DNA of 64,000 nucleotides from Ostrea edulis (lineage: Eukaryota). Positions 1 to 15,700 of the stretch are shown here, in pieces; position 1 is the first letter of the stretch; each line of letters starts with the position of its first letter. The notes beneath the pieces were generated by a model. It was not told where the DNA came from, did no database searches, and worked only from the letters and a program-made list of their open reading frames with translations. The translations under genes were made by a program, and so were the position numbers. The stretch lies in the NCBI RefSeq assembly GCF_947568905.1, contig NC_079172.1, forward strand, positions 9,114,001-9,178,000. The letters run 5' to 3'.

Positions 1-337
1 TATTTTAAGTGTAAACAGGTCATAATCTATTTTCAATCTATCAGTATTAAACTTTTGAATATCTACATTTTAGAAGACACACGTGTACATCAATTCAATG
101 GAATGATTGATATGTGTTGCTTATGTTGTATTGACACCAAGAAACAAAACTATTTCATGTGAATTAATCAAAAGTAGATTTTTTCAAATATGCAAAATGA
201 TATCATTTAACACAATGTAGCCCAATGACAAGCACAATGACCCCCTATTTTTCTAATTTCCCTTCAATGAAGAAACCCAATATCAAAACTCTCTAAAGCT
301 CCACTGGTTTGCAAATAATTCAAAAGTCCATTGTTGG

Positions 338-748
338 TTATTACTATGAGACACAGGCTGTAGTTAATTATTACCGTGAGACACAGGTTGTATTTAATTA
401 TTACCGTGAGACACAGGTTGTAGTTAATTATTACCGTGAGACACAGGTTGTAATTAATCATTACCGTGAGACACAGGTTGTAGTTAATTATTACCGTGAG
501 ACACAGGTTCTAATTAATTATTACCGTGAGACACAGGTTGTAGTTAATTATTACCGTGAGACACAGGTTGTAGTTAATTATTACCGTGAGACACAGGTTG
601 TAATTAATTATTACCGTGAGACACAGGTTGTAGTTAATTATTACCGTGAGACACAGGTTGTAGTTAATCATTACCATGAGACACAGGTTGTAGTTAATTA
701 TTACCGTGAGACACAGGTTGTAAATTATTACCGTGAGACACAGGTTGT
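338..748 (-). repeat. 30-bp tandem array (~13 copies) built from an HTT exon end plus its splice donor
   Basis: Minus-strand unit AACTACAACCTGTGTCTCACG|GTAATAATT; the terminal copy overlaps the end of exon 732-880. Confidence 0.95.
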
Positions 749-3700
749 AGACCGCTGGCCATGATTCCATCACACAACTGAATAATCTTCGGCATTGCTA
801 TGATTGATTTACTGTGAGTTTTCTCATAGGACAGCATTACCAAGAAACTAAAGATATTCGGAATCAGGTCCTCTGAATTTCTGGGGAAAAAGAAAAGAAA
901 ACTAAACAACTCTCACATAGTTATATATCATATGCAGAAATACAGTACGTCCTCAACATAGCCAGCACAATCACATGTAAATGTCATCTCTCCATTAACA
1001 TTCCTTTTACACACCTGATTTGACCTTCCTCTATAAACTCGAGTTGCTTAATGATAAATCCTATGAAGACTTGATCCGAGTCCAGAAGGCAGTAGTTAAC
1101 TCGAAGCTGAATGAGTTGACTCAAAAGATCCAACACCTGCTGCTGAAGGTCAAGGCTACTGGACACAGTGTACTGCTTCAGGGCTTTGATGACCAAAGGC
1201 TCAAACAGACGGATATATGAGGCTATGGTGGACTGTTAGATGAGAAATATTCCAGGTTTAAAATACTGTACCAAATAATACATGTACTGGTAGATTAGCG
1301 ATAAAAGAACTAGATACCGCAATCTCAATATAAATATTTTAATATAAGTACAGACCCTGAAGCGTACTACTACACCACTTGCATGGAACAATTAAACTCT
1401 GTATAAATATTCTGATGCGTTTTTTATAAAAAAAAAAAAAAATTTGTTTCTGTTATGATGTCATTGCAGAGGTAAATCCAGGATTTCTGAAGGGAAGGGG
1501 GAAGGGGATGTGAAAGTAGAGTATTAGTCAAAATACTCAGCCAATTTGGGTGCCAATCTGGACTTTTACTTGCACTATTCCTATTTTTTAAATTTGAGGT
1601 GAAAAGGGGGAAGGGCCTTTAAATCCCCTATCACATTGCATAAGCAAGAAGCCAGGTGAGAGTACCTGACTTTTAAAGCGATGATTGTATTCATACGCAA
1701 GAAAAGACCAACTTTGCGTTACAAGAAATTGAATGTCAATTTCGTTAGTATTGTCATACAAGGAAATACATTGGTAAATGTAAATACTGAGATATCTTTT
1801 GTGAATTTTTGATTTCTGATTCCTGTGGTGATCTGCCCACAATTCTAAGTCACATACATAGTACATACAGTGGTTTACCTTCTCAGTTTTGCTGTTGGGT
1901 CTCAGAACTGCTGGAAGTTTTCTGTCAACACTTTTTCTTAAGGTGCTCAATGTCCTGCATCATAAAAGAAAATGCTGTCCAAGCAACAGATACACATGCA
2001 TTAATTGAAAACCTAATTCTGATTTTGACATATTACATGTAGCTAAAAAACAAACCTCCAAGCCTATCAACATTTATGTACAATCTCCACAACTGCAATA
2101 ACAGATGAATACATCTCCCATTTTATTAATTTCTTTGTATTCAAAACCCAATTTGCTTAATCTTCCATTTAACAAAATGAAAAAGTGTCTAAAGATTATT
2201 CATGATCCCCTAACTTATACTCAAAGTCAACAGAAATTGGTACTGTATAGAGGGTTTATTTCACAGGTCTAAAATTTGGCAATTTGCAGGCTCAAAGGTA
2301 CATGTATGCTAATAATTTCAGCGGAATAAATTTTGGTGGACAGGGAAAAGATGTCTCTCTTTCAAATACTGAAGTCGTAATTGGGTGCATATTTGGCAAG
2401 TGAAATAAGCCAAAATTATAACCTTGGGGAAAAAAAAAATGCTATACGGTATATCATACCCTGTGGAGTCCTCCTGGTCCCCGTGAGATGAGGCTTTAAA
2501 CGTAGCTCCAGCCAGGGACTGCGTAAACTGTGTGTAAGGCTGGGTAAAGCAGAAGAAGTACTGCCCGGGCTTATTATTCCCAGTCAAGCGGGCTGCCTTC
2601 CCAGGCTTCCCTGACAAGTACTCCAAATGTTGGGGCTCCCACTGACAAATCAGGTTTGTGCCAAACAAGGCCTTTAAAAGCTTGAAGATAACAGAATTTG
2701 ACAAGAGATGAAATGTTAAAACTGTATCCTGTTCTAATTCTACAGTTTATAGCAAAAGTAACATTCAGCTCTTACACTGCTGCTTTAAATTTAGTCACGA
2801 TGACAACCATTGATTGCTGCATGAATTTATCAAATTTCATTAAAACTTAAGGTACATTTGTACCTTATATCACACAGACAAAATGGTTAAGCATTCAGTT
2901 GCTATATTTTGGTATAGTACTCCATGGCCGTCTTCTGTTTTCATATCATATACACTATTAATAGTTTTAGCTCAAATGTGCTAAAATTTCATCATGATGG
3001 TTGTTTTAATTTTACATTATCTGAATACTTGCTGTTCCTTTTTATAGTTTGTATTGATTGTATATTGTTTTACACCCCCCTGGAGAATATTTCACTCATA
3101 TGTAGACGTCACTCACACTTTCCATGAAAAACATTAATACAGGTACCATGATTACAGTGAAATTTAAACCACCACTACAAGTTCCCAATTGACAGAATTT
3201 ATGGAAATTTTCTATTTGAACCATTATTGTCTCTCCTGTTCAATACCCTTTTAAGTATAGCACAGAAAAATTCCCAGGGCCAGCAAGAAACAGTTTGTTA
3301 TAACCAAACTTCAATACTTCCAAAAATATTCCTAATCTTCCTCTCATAAGGGGATAAGTATTACCTAGCAATAAGGCCAATTCAACTTAATTTGTAGATT
3401 ATCATCCAGGGTCAGCTAAAAGTATGGGGCGGGTGGGAGGATTTTATTTTTTAATTTTTGTTTTCTGAGAAAAATATTAAAGACAAACGATTTTTTTTTC
3501 AACAGATGCGCATCATTTAATGTCAGGTGGATATCAATCTGTGCTATTTTCACAGACGAATTCTAGGTTAAGCTTTAATTTCAAACAGAAATATACCTAA
3601 CTTCTTCAAGATTTACGCCTGTAAGAATGCGAGAAATTAAGAAAACCATATAGATCTATTTTCTTCATGTGGTTTTTCACGTTGCTATACCGGAAATGTA

Positions 3701-6700
3701 AACAAGAAGTGTAAATACCAGAGTCGGACATGAAAATATTCCGGAAATCGCAAGTTTCGCAAAATAAAAACATTCAAGGCGGCCAATTTTTGAGGGGCGG
3801 GTGGGGATGATAATCTATCAATCAAGTTGAATTGGCCTAAGCGTGGATTTATGATAATTATGTTTGACTGTACCTGTTGAACACATCTGATGGACTCGGT
3901 CGGTTCCAGAGTGACGGTAGATTTGAGGTACTGCAGGATCTCGTCTGCATATTTCCCTATGTCTTCTAGAGTGGAGATCTCGAGCATCTGGGACAGAGTT
4001 ACTAGAGATGTGTGGAGAAGATTACAGAATTTGTCTGTTGCCATCAAGTCCAGGGACACCTAACAGTACATAATCAATTCATCACACTAAAGAAATCATG
4101 TTACCAGTCTTCCATATCCAGAGGTAAAAACTACCAAAAAAATAATGTAACAGGTAGCATGCACATACGGCAAGTTTATCTGTGCTCAAAATTAATTTTA
4201 TAGTATCCCATTAGAAATGAACTCCCCTACTTTTAACCTCTAACACATGTACATACACTGTATTGCTATCCTTTCAGTGAAGTTTGAATCTTATTTATTT
4301 TACAATGACAATAACGAGTAACAAACAAGTTCCACTACATTAATACTTCTGATCAGCTTGGATCATTGATGTGGGACAAAACTGGAGTACAGGGAGGAAA
4401 CCTGTGTCCCGAGTGGGTGACCACTATACCCTCTCACATACACCCACTACTGACCCTCTCACATACACCCACTACTGACCTTCTCACATACACCCACTAC
4501 TGACCTTCTCACATACACCCACTACTGACCCTCTCACATACACCCACTACTGACCTTCTCACATACACCCACTACTGACCCTCTCACATACACCCACTAC
4601 TGACCCTCTCACATACACCCACTACTGACCCTCTCACATACACCCACTACTGACCCTCTCACATACACCCACTACTGATCCTCTCACATACACCCACTAC
4701 TGATCCTCTCACATACACCCACTACTGACCCTCTCACATACACCCACTACTGATCCTCTCACATACACCCACTACTGACCCTCTCACATACACCCACTAC
4801 TGATCCTCTCACATACACCCACTACTGACCCTCTCACATACACCCACTACTGATCCTCTCACATACACCCACTACTGACCCTCTCACATACACCCACTAC
4901 TGACCCTCTCACATACACCCACTACTGACCCTCTCACATACACCCACTACTGACCCTCTCACATACACCCACTACTGACCCTCTCACACATACACCCACT
5001 ACTGACCCTCTCACATACACCCACTACTGACCCTCTCACATACACCCACTACTGACCCTCTCACATACACCCACTACTGATCCTCTCACATACACCCACT
5101 ACTGACCCTCTCACATACACCCACTACTGATCCTCTCACATACACCCACTACTGACCCTCTCACATACACCCACTACTGACCCTCTCACATACACCCACT
5201 ACTGATCCTCTCACATACACCCACTACTGACCCTCTCACATACACCCACTACTGATCCTCTCACATACACCCACTACTGACACTCTCACATACACCCACT
5301 ACTGACCCTCTCACATACACCCACTACTGACCCTCTCACATACACCCACTACTGACCCTCTCACATACACCCACTACTGACCCTCTCACATACACCCACT
5401 ACTGACCCTCTCACATACACCCACTACTGACCCTCTCACATACACCCACTACTGATCCTCTCACATACACCCACTACTGATCCTGAAGATCCAACTCAGA
5501 TGGCAACAGTGAGAAACTAGTTAGTGTGCTAACCACTACACTATGCGAACACCCTCTCAGTAAAGGAGCTAAAGAAATAAACACATACCTTGTAATTAGA
5601 GTAGGCTCCCTTGAGGACATCGTACAACCTCATGTAATGAGGAAGACTATGGAACACTCCTAATGACTCCTTTCTGGTCTTCTCTTTTTCCTTATCCTGT
5701 TCTTTCTCTTTCTCTTCATTATAAAAAGACGTAGACAATATCAAATTAATACATCGCAATTTATGTTAACAAGATTGCGACGCGTAGCCATATGTCCCCT
5801 GCCACCACAAAAAAAAGTTGACGCACAAAAGCCCCATAACTTCTGTAAAATTTGAAGAATCAAAATTGTCGTGTAATATGATCAGCTATATAATTGTAAT
5901 TAACAATCCTGCAAAATTTCAACAAAATCCGTACAGTGATATCCAAGGAGTTGTGCCAACAAAAGTAAAGTGTGATGGATAGATGGACACTGGTACATGT
6001 ACTTCTATGAATCTGGGTTAGAATAGGTCCTCAGTACCAGCAGGTGTGGCACGATAAAGATCCCTCCCTGCTCAAAGGCCGTAAGCGCCGAGTTTAGGCC
6101 TAAATTTAGCAGCTCTTCACCGGTAATGGTCACGTCTCCATATGAGTGAAAGATTCTCGAGTGAGACGATAAACAATATACAACCAACCAACCAACCTTC
6201 CGCATTGTGGCAGGGGACGAAGGCAAAAATAACCAAACAAACAACAACAAAAAACCAGATCCATCACCCACTTTCCCTCCTTTTTCTCTCTCTTGAAAGT
6301 CATGCAAGATATAGATATTAAAAAACAAAAGGTTTTAGAAAATATATCCCAATTTTTAACTCAAATCCATATTTCAATGTCAAGGAAAAGTATTTGTCAC
6401 CTGAGTTTATTTGTTCAGCATTTGTTCAGGATTTACCTTTCTGTTGTTTTGTGGGAGTTTTGTTGTCAGTGGTGGCCCCTTACCTTTCTGTTGTTTTGTG
6501 GGAGTTTTGTTGTCAGTGGTGGCCCCTTACCTTTCTGTTGTTTTGTGGGAGTTTTGTTGTCAGTGGTGGCTCCTTACCTTTCTGTTGTTTTGTGGGAGTT
6601 TTGTTGTCAGTGGTGGCCCCTTACCTTTCTGTTGTTTTGTGGGAGTTTTATTATCAGTGGCGGCCCCTTACCTTTCTGTTGTTTTGTGGGAGTTTTGTTG

Positions 6701-9700
6701 TCAGTGGTGGCCCCCTTAGCTGGGGAATCGTTCGGACTCTCCCCCTTATTCTTCCTTTTGATAGGACTGAGGGAGGGGGCATTAGGAAGAGAAGGTAAGG
6801 AGGGCTTGACCGGAGCAGGACCTGGGACCTGCTCATCTATCACATGCACACAGCAATTCAGAACCCTGAAATAAGATTAACATTTTATCTTATAAACTTA
6901 CTAGATCATACATGTAGTTTGATTTAGATAAATTTGATTTCAAATACTTTCTGAAAAATTTAAGAAATGAAGTACATGTACCAACTTAGTTAGATCCATA
7001 TAAAATTGGTACAATGGGTTGTATATGTACACTGCACTTTATACATGTACATGCATATCAAACTGAACATCATAAAACCAAACAACTTGAAATAACCTGG
7101 CAATATGAAATAAGAGTTGGTCTAGGAAGGGAACTAGTAATCTGTCAGAGATGGCCGCCCACTTGATCCCCTCCCCGTCGTGTGCTGGGTTGTACTCTTC
7201 TATTGGTTGCATACACCTGTATACAGCACCTAAACAGACAAAGGCATCAGTTTACAACTCGTAAAACATCATACACCTGTATACAGCATCTAAACAGACA
7301 GAGGCATCAGTTTACAACTCGTAAAACATCATACACCTGTATACAGCATCTAAACAGACAGAGGCATCAGTTTACAACTCGTAAAACATCATACACCTGT
7401 ATACAGCACCTAAACAGACAGAGGCATCAGTTTACAACTCGTAAAACATCATACACCTGTATACAGCACCTAAACAGACAGAGGCATCAGTTTACAACTC
7501 GTAAAACATCATACACCTGTATACAGCACCTAAACAGACAGAGGCATCAGTTTACAACTCGTAAAACATCATACACCTGTATACAGCACCTAAACAGACA
7601 GAGGCATCAGTTTACAACTCGTAAAACATCATACACCTGTATACAGCACCTAAACAGACAGAGGGATCAGTTTACAACTCGTAAAACATCATACACCTGT
7701 ATACAGCCCATAAACAGACAGAGGCATCAGTTTACAACTCATAAAACATCATACACCTGTATACAGCCCATAAACAGACAGAGGCATCAGTTTACAACTC
7801 ATAAAACATCATACACCTGTATACAGCCCATAAACAGACAGAGGCATCAGTTTACAACTCGTAAAACATCTCTCAGTGCCGTATAAACTTACAATATTCA
7901 CCGAGGATAAGGCATCAGTTTACAACTCGTAAAGCATCTCTCAGTGCCGTATAAACTGACAATATTCACCGAGGATAAGGCATCAGTTTACAACTCGTAA
8001 AGCATCTCTCAGTGCCGTATAAACTGACAATATTCACCGAGGATAAGGCATCAGTTTACAACTTGTAAAACATCTCTCAGTGCCGTATAAACTCACAATA
8101 TTCACCGAGGATAAGGCATCAGTTTACAACTCGTAAAACATCTCTCAGTGCCGTATAAACTTACAATATTCACCGAGGATAAGGCATCAGTTTACAACTT
8201 GTAAAACATCTCTCAGTGCCGTATAAACTTACAATATTCACCGAGGATATTGTCTTTTGTCCCTGAGGATGCTTTATCAATATACATCTTCCGAAATATT
8301 CCTAATGATTGATTCTAAGACATGTGAAAAACCATCACTTATTCTCAACATACCATGTATCATACAAAATCTACTGCTTCGTTTCATAGATCCCGATTTC
8401 CTATACATGTATCTTAAACAAAAATTGTATTTGATGCTAACCACAGTAATGAGAGGGCACACTAGATATTTTCTGATACATATGGATAAACATTCACCGA
8501 CAACTTTACCTGCGACCAGATTGCCAGCAAACTGTAGCGTGTCACTGTGTGTGGCCAGGTCCAGACTGACATTAGTGGACATCAGTAACGGCAGTATAAT
8601 AGTGAGGGGTCCCCCTCCCGACCCCGCAGACATCTCGTCGACGCTGAATGTACTGAAATACAAAGCACTAAATCATCACAACATAAAGCCATCACATCAT
8701 TGTTTTCAAGTTTATGGTCTATGATCCTTCAAGATACTTGTATTTATAAATCATCAGTCTTGACCTTATTTTTTTATTTGCAATGACTCCATGAAAATGT
8801 TTTAACTATATGCATGACAATCAATTACATGGTCAGTTCTATGCATCTTCGTTTAAATAAAACTTTGGCAATATATATATATATATCATACAACCATAAA
8901 GATATATAAATTTTGGAAAGAGGAGAAAAATTCCCATGCAGGACATGAAAAATTGTAAACAAAACATGCACTAAATCCCCACTGTACGGACAGTACATGT
9001 ATATAGCTCAAACGCAACTCAACATGACATGGTCAATAATGAATTTTTCACAGTTAAAAAAGAAAGAGTAACATGTATTAAGCATGGCTCTTTACTCAGT
9101 GCTCTGATTTAATTGTAAGCATTCCTCATTCAAAAACAGATAATTTAGTAACACATAATTCAGTGACAGATAATTTAGTAAGATAATTCAATAATAGATA
9201 ATTCAGCAACACATAATTCAGTAACACATAATTCAGTAACAGATAATTCAGTAACAGATAATATTGTGTATTTTTAGTTCAGAACAGTTCTTGCTAAAGG
9301 GAGACAATAACATACGGACAAACAAACAAAAGCAGTTGCTGCCCCTGTCTTACCCAGACCAAACATAACCCATCACGGTTCTGTTAAAAGATATCATAAA
9401 TATCTGTCAGTTTAGACACAGTTTGATATTTATATTCCATTCTGTTTTCAGTTTTTACTTTATTTAACCCATGGCGGACTGTCAAAATTTCATAATTACA
9501 GTGTATCTGTAATCCTCCTTTTTTGTTGCAGCCATGAAATTACTGTTCATGAGTTCATGAGTAAGCCTTACCAAATTAATACACATGTACAAATGTACAT
9601 TATAACACACTATAAAGTGTACCGTATATACTCGCCTATAAGTCGGTTTATAGTTTTAAGGTAATTTCGGAGGGAATTGCCATTGGCCCATTTATAAATT

Positions 9701-12700
9701 GGTCTAACTTTTTTTCAAGAATCGGTTGACAATTTCAAATCAATGCTCTATTGTTTTTACCTGTGTTTTAAATAATATTTTGAGAAATGTGTCGACATTT
9801 GATATTTTCCCCAACAAATCAATTTCATATCAATATTCTTATGTATTTATCTGTATTCCAATAAAATTTTGGGATATGGCATCGATATTTCACTTTTTGT
9901 TCTCAACAAATTAAACAGTTACTATTTTGTCCATGTTTTTGTTGTTTAAAAAATACTAGGCTATACATTATGCCATCCAGAAAATACTAATCTTAATCAT
10001 AGAGTTTTGGACCAAAATTTAACTACCAAATTCTGACTTATAGGCGAGTATATACGGTATACAGTATGTGTTATTTTTCATCAAACAGAGATCACTACAT
10101 GTACATCATTAAAAATCGCACTTTCAAAACAATGTAGAATTATATAAGCATGCATGGTTCTACATTTGTTCAAGTATGATGTACATGTTGTACATAGATT
10201 TCATGATCATTGTTAATGTATGAAAATCAAATAATCAGAGAAATTGTGTTAATAATGAAGTGGGTTCTAAGACTCTTCAATATCTTACATTTGTTTCTAG
10301 ATCTTAGCAGGTTTGTTTTGACAAAACATGGAATCAATCAAATTAATTTGTAGGTAACTAAAATACTAAAACAACTTTTCAGCGAATTCTACCAAGAATG
10401 AAAGAACAAAGAAAACAGAAATGATACGAAGATTAAAAAAAATTGTTACAGTGTAACTTAAGCTTAAATAATCTGACAAAAATACACACATACTATAAAG
10501 TAACAGGAAATAAAGCTAAGTCAATAAGACCAGAAAAAAAATGTACATTGTAATAGAAAAACAAATTACATGGTTTACCTGGAGTTACTGTGAGATCGAC
10601 TTGGGGGCCTCTTCATTACTCCTTTGGTGCCGGCATCTTTAGGAAGGAATGAGGTACAGGGTCCACATCCCCAGGAATGAGCATACAGCGTGGCAGGGAA
10701 CGCCTCCGACAAGAGAAACAGGGCGTGGCAGCAACCATACTACAGAAAATTAAACACCTCATTCATAATAATAGGGCAAGGCACCATTAATACCACCGAA
10801 AAATTAGCACCTCATTCACAATAATAGGGTAGGGCACCATTTATACCACAGAAAATAATGTACATCATTAATGGACCTCAACAAAGAGAAATATGACATG
10901 ACACTTTATCAAGCCTCAGACAAAATTGTTGAAATCTAATTGTTGAGATCTTGGTCACATGACGCCGTGAAAAAAAGTATCATGCAAGAAAAATCCATAT
11001 TGAGCAAGTTATTTATTGTCGGGTTCGACTTGCAGCCGTGACAAAATTGGCAAAGCGATAAGTTGTATGATATAGACCCCCACATATACAGTTAGAGGTC
11101 TTCGACGTGATAAATTCGTTACACAGTTAGTTATTGACCTGATACGGAAAAATACATAGTGTGAAAAGAAAACCCATTCACCTCCCCCGATACGGGTTTT
11201 CTTTTCACACCATGTATTTTTCCATATCAGGTCACTAACTAACTGTGTAACTAATAATCTATAGCACTGAAAATACAGCAGCTCATTAGCAAACCTTAGA
11301 TGAGAGAAACAGGTTAAGGTAATAGCCATACTACAGAAAACCTTAACAGACCTCCGACAAAAGAAATAGAGCATGACACCATTCATTCCACCGAAAATAA
11401 AACACCTTAAACAGACCTCAGACAGGAAAAGCTGGGGGTGGTTGGGGTGGGGTGGGGGGTCAATTTTCCTCTCCTGTTTGTCTGATATTTTTCCATTCCC
11501 TTTCTCCCTCTTTTTTCCCCTGCTCCCTGCCTACTATCCTTTCTTGTTCTCCCTCCACCCCCCCCATTCTCCTTTCTTTCTCTCTCTTTTACCCCCTCCC
11601 CCTCAGCTGACACAACTTATCCCTCCTAATGAGGAAGTTTAGCCAACTCTCTTTGAAATTGTGAAAGCGTCAGACTTACCCTCATGATATCATTATTTCA
11701 TGTTAAAATTTGTTTTTTAAAAAACAGATGGAGAGATAGGAGCACCGGCAGATAATCCTACTTCTCACAATAAAGTGCACCGCCTTGGCACATGATAAGC
11801 CCGTCAGATATTTATTCATCATAAACAGATAAAGTGCATGACACAAAATCGTCTCAACCTTAAGTTGGTGCAAAGATTGCACCAATATCTTTGCTTTAAG
11901 GTCTGATGTAAAATCAAGATTATTCCTTGTGTCTGTTGCATATTACAAATAACTTGTCACTATATCTTTTGAATTGCTCAAATCACTACAATATTCCAAA
12001 ACATTTTCATTTTATGACATATATTTAGATAATTTCTTTCACATGGTAATGAATTACTTATTTTGGGTTGTGCAAAGATTATATTCCTTAACAATCTTTA
12101 ACTGGACAGATGTAATTTAGCTCTTATCAAAATGATCTTTGAATCTCTAGCTGAACTCTGAAACACCATGGCTTACTTCTAAGGGGCTAATGGAATCTTA
12201 GTTGCACACAGAGATTAAACTGACGATTCCTGTATCTGTTGTGTGATGTGCATGTTAAGTCTTTACAAATTTTGTAGTACAGTACTGCATATATTTATAT
12301 CATTAATGTTAGAAACAAAATAAGTATTTATATTAATTGTTATGCAGCTTTGTTTTATGGGGAAAAAATGTCTATTTCTTGTAGTAATGATTATTGAACA
12401 AGGTTACTGAATTACTCTCGAGCATGTGTAGGGATTACCTCCCTTAAAACATTGTTGGTTTTTTTTTTTAGATACTTACCATAAGGACCTGATTTTAAGC
12501 TACAATTTACATTTCTATACAGATGCACAAATTGACAAAGTTTGTTGATCCTTAGACTCATACCTACATTAGCCCAAAAAAGGGTTATGCCAAATATGGC
12601 CATATCATCTTTGTTATAGGTCACAGTGACCTTGATTTAGGGAGCAACACACCTTCTCAAGATGCATTAACCGACCAAGCTTGATGATTCTAAACCCAAT

Positions 12701-15700
12701 ATTTATCCAGTTACGAGTTGGAAAGGATTTTGCCATATTGTCTTAATTAAAGGTCACAGTGTTAAATGTGACCCACCCACAACCCAAGATGTATCAGCTG
12801 ACAAACTTTGATGATTCTCTGTCTTATAGTATTTAAGTTATGAGCCGGACTCAAAGCAGGACAGACAGACGGATGGACAAACAGACACAATCGCCATACC
12901 ATTATACATCCCGTCTAAAAAGACTAAATAGATGTACATGAAATATGTGTTTGGCTGGAAATATGTTTTCTGATGACTGAGGGTATGCTAATCTAGTAAT
13001 TTACTGATCATATCATCAAACCTCCAAACTGACATAATTCACTTAGCACACACAAATGACTACTCACTGTTAAGTGTTTGGACTGTGACACGTTTAGTTG
13101 GTGTAAAGCTGATTTCACAACTCTGGACAGGTTGCTCTCTATGGATAAGGAGATTGCTTTGTTGCTGTTATCATAAGGCTTTATCAGCCCCAGCACTAGA
13201 GGGGGTGGGTTTAAAACACAATCAGAAACCATAGGGCACAACATCCTCTCTGTATGAAGTCGAGATTCCGTTATGATTGGGTCATGTTGGGGATGATCAC
13301 ATGGGAAAAACAACTTTGGCACAATTCTGTAAAACAAAATTATCAATCCAAAAACAAACCGAGAAAATGACCAGGACTCAAAAATGAATGATATATTTTT
13401 CTCAAATTTCTCTGCTGATCTATTTCAATTGTGCTTTTGTATTTCTTACTTGACAAGTGTCTCTGAGGCACAATGTCTGACCCTAACATCGTCACTTCCC
13501 AACATCTCTATCACAAACGATAGGATCCTGTCCTGTAGATTTAACTTCTGAAAACAACAAAACTATACCTTCATCTCCCAATATCAAAAGTATCTCATTG
13601 TATAGACAATTTCTTTAACAGAAATTTTCCAACAGAAGAATTAAATGGCATGATTGTAACTTAGTTGGCACCACTTGGGGAGGACTACTCTCCATGATGT
13701 TGTTGACTTACCCCTAGATAGTGGTTAGTACCTCTCTGTACATCACTACAGCAAGACTCGAGATGATTCAGAACATTGAAGTTAAGGGAACTAAAGACTT
13801 CTAGTATTTCTACCTGCAGTTAAAATATACATGTAGGAAAAGTTCTGTAGAGTAGATCAAAATCTCCAGGGTTATCTACATACACTGTATATTAGGATTG
13901 AAACGATTCACCGAAATATTGATACTGTTCAATATAAACGCTCAATTCAATGTTCGATTCATTCCTTCGATCTTCTATTTGATATGGGTTTTTTTTCTTT
14001 CAAAAATCGGATTCGGTAAAACACATCGGACTGGACCTGTACTTATTATTTTTTCATGCACGAGGTACAAAATGACGTCCAATAACAGTCATACTTCGAT
14101 AATGAACTTAATCAGTTTAAACTGCAGAGCCAACAGGCATCTTACTGTTCAGCAGTTCGGAAACAGTTTGCTTTTAAAATAATGACTGAATCTTCGTAAT
14201 TAAATTTTTCTTTGAAGTTATTATTGGTTTCCTCTGTAAAATGTATCGTATTGAAAATACTGAATAATGGCAGAAGTATTGTAATACATATCGTATCGTG
14301 AAGGGGGCGTATCGTTTCAGCCCTACAGTGTATATCAATCTTCATTTCAATCTTTACTCTTCCTTCAACAGGACATGAATTTAAAGAGGTATCTGTATAT
14401 TTGTAGCATTCATTTCTATATAAACATACCAAACCAAAGTAGCATCATTTTCCAATGAAGTTTTTGGGAGATCAAAGGTCAAATTACATTAGACACTGAT
14501 TGAATGCATGGACTTCAATGAGATTAAAACATGAATCAGAGGGCATAAAAGGCCAGCTAGCTCATCATTTCAAAAAATCCACAGCAACATAATTAGCTAC
14601 GCTTTGCGTCATCATTGTCTTCAGCAAGCAGTCAATGTCATATTTCAAAATTGTGTGCCCGTCTCAAATGACATACAAAAGTGATAACCATTTTAAAAAC
14701 TTTACTGGGCTATGAAGTATGGTAATTAGTGATTTAATTTATTCAGAATCCCTTTGGGCTTTGCAGGATTTGATCACATACAGCTTCACTTTACATCCAT
14801 GTTAAGTTTTCAAGTTGGTTATTGTTTCTTATATGACACATAGATCAAAAATCTCACGACTGAAAACTGTAGGATACATGTAGGTGTAATAAAATTGTGG
14901 TGTTAGACATTAAAAATGTTGCCGAATGTTGCAAAAATTGCAATTTTAGTCTAAAATCATTCAGAATTTTTTTTTAAAACACCAGTGGGACTAAAACACG
15001 CGATTAAATTAAAAATTGCCAGCCTCTCACTTCAATCTACTGAGCTAACAAGATAGATAATGCGATTCAAATGGGCAAAAATCATATCGTAGTACTTTGT
15101 TCAAAATTCCGTGACAGTGTACTTGTGTTATTCCTCCTTAAATTGTGGGCTACAGAGTTAAAAAGGTCAAGGTCATACACAATGTAATTATGTGACCCTT
15201 TCACATATGGTAACATGTACACGATGGGTCCAAGAAATACTGTATTTTAAAATATACATGTACTTGTATGTTTCATTTCCTAATGAGACACAAAAATACT
15301 GTTATACTCCCATTGCTTACCTTAACAAGCCAGTAGGGATTGTTTTGAATACTGAGTAACTTCAGCACGGCTTCAAGCCCTGTAGGACTGTGTGTTCCCA
15401 TTAGTAGTGGTATCAGGCATTTTTTAATCCCCAGAAGAGCAAGTCTAACAGCCACGGAGGATTCATCTTCCATAATGTGGAGAATTATCTCCACTAAATA
15501 CTCAATGGTAACTGAGGATCCTAAAAAGTGAAAATACATGCACATGTAGGTCAAGTACATGAATTCAATTACACTTACAGAAATCTACAAGCACTAACTG
15601 TAACTGGGACAATCACAGCAATCAGACCTTAAAGCAATGCTAGCTCTAAATAAGGTTGGATTAATGTATCGATTATCAATATAAATCGGTAATTTTGAGC

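Noticed and set aside
264-773. ORFs 309-764, 264-461, 510-773 with repeated [10 protein letters not shown] / INYNLCLTV
   Set aside because: Readthrough of the 30-bp intronic array.
6293-7886. ORFs 6293-6874, 6394-6798, 6411-6719, 7182-7886
   Set aside because: Antisense readthrough of the 47-bp and 60-bp arrays and of HTT exons.
11400-11900. Purine/pyrimidine-skewed tract and ORF 11703-11885 as an extra HTT exon or G-quadruplex element
   Set aside because: HTT exons on either side join in phase and match the known protein without it; no recognisable homology; a G4 role is unsupported.
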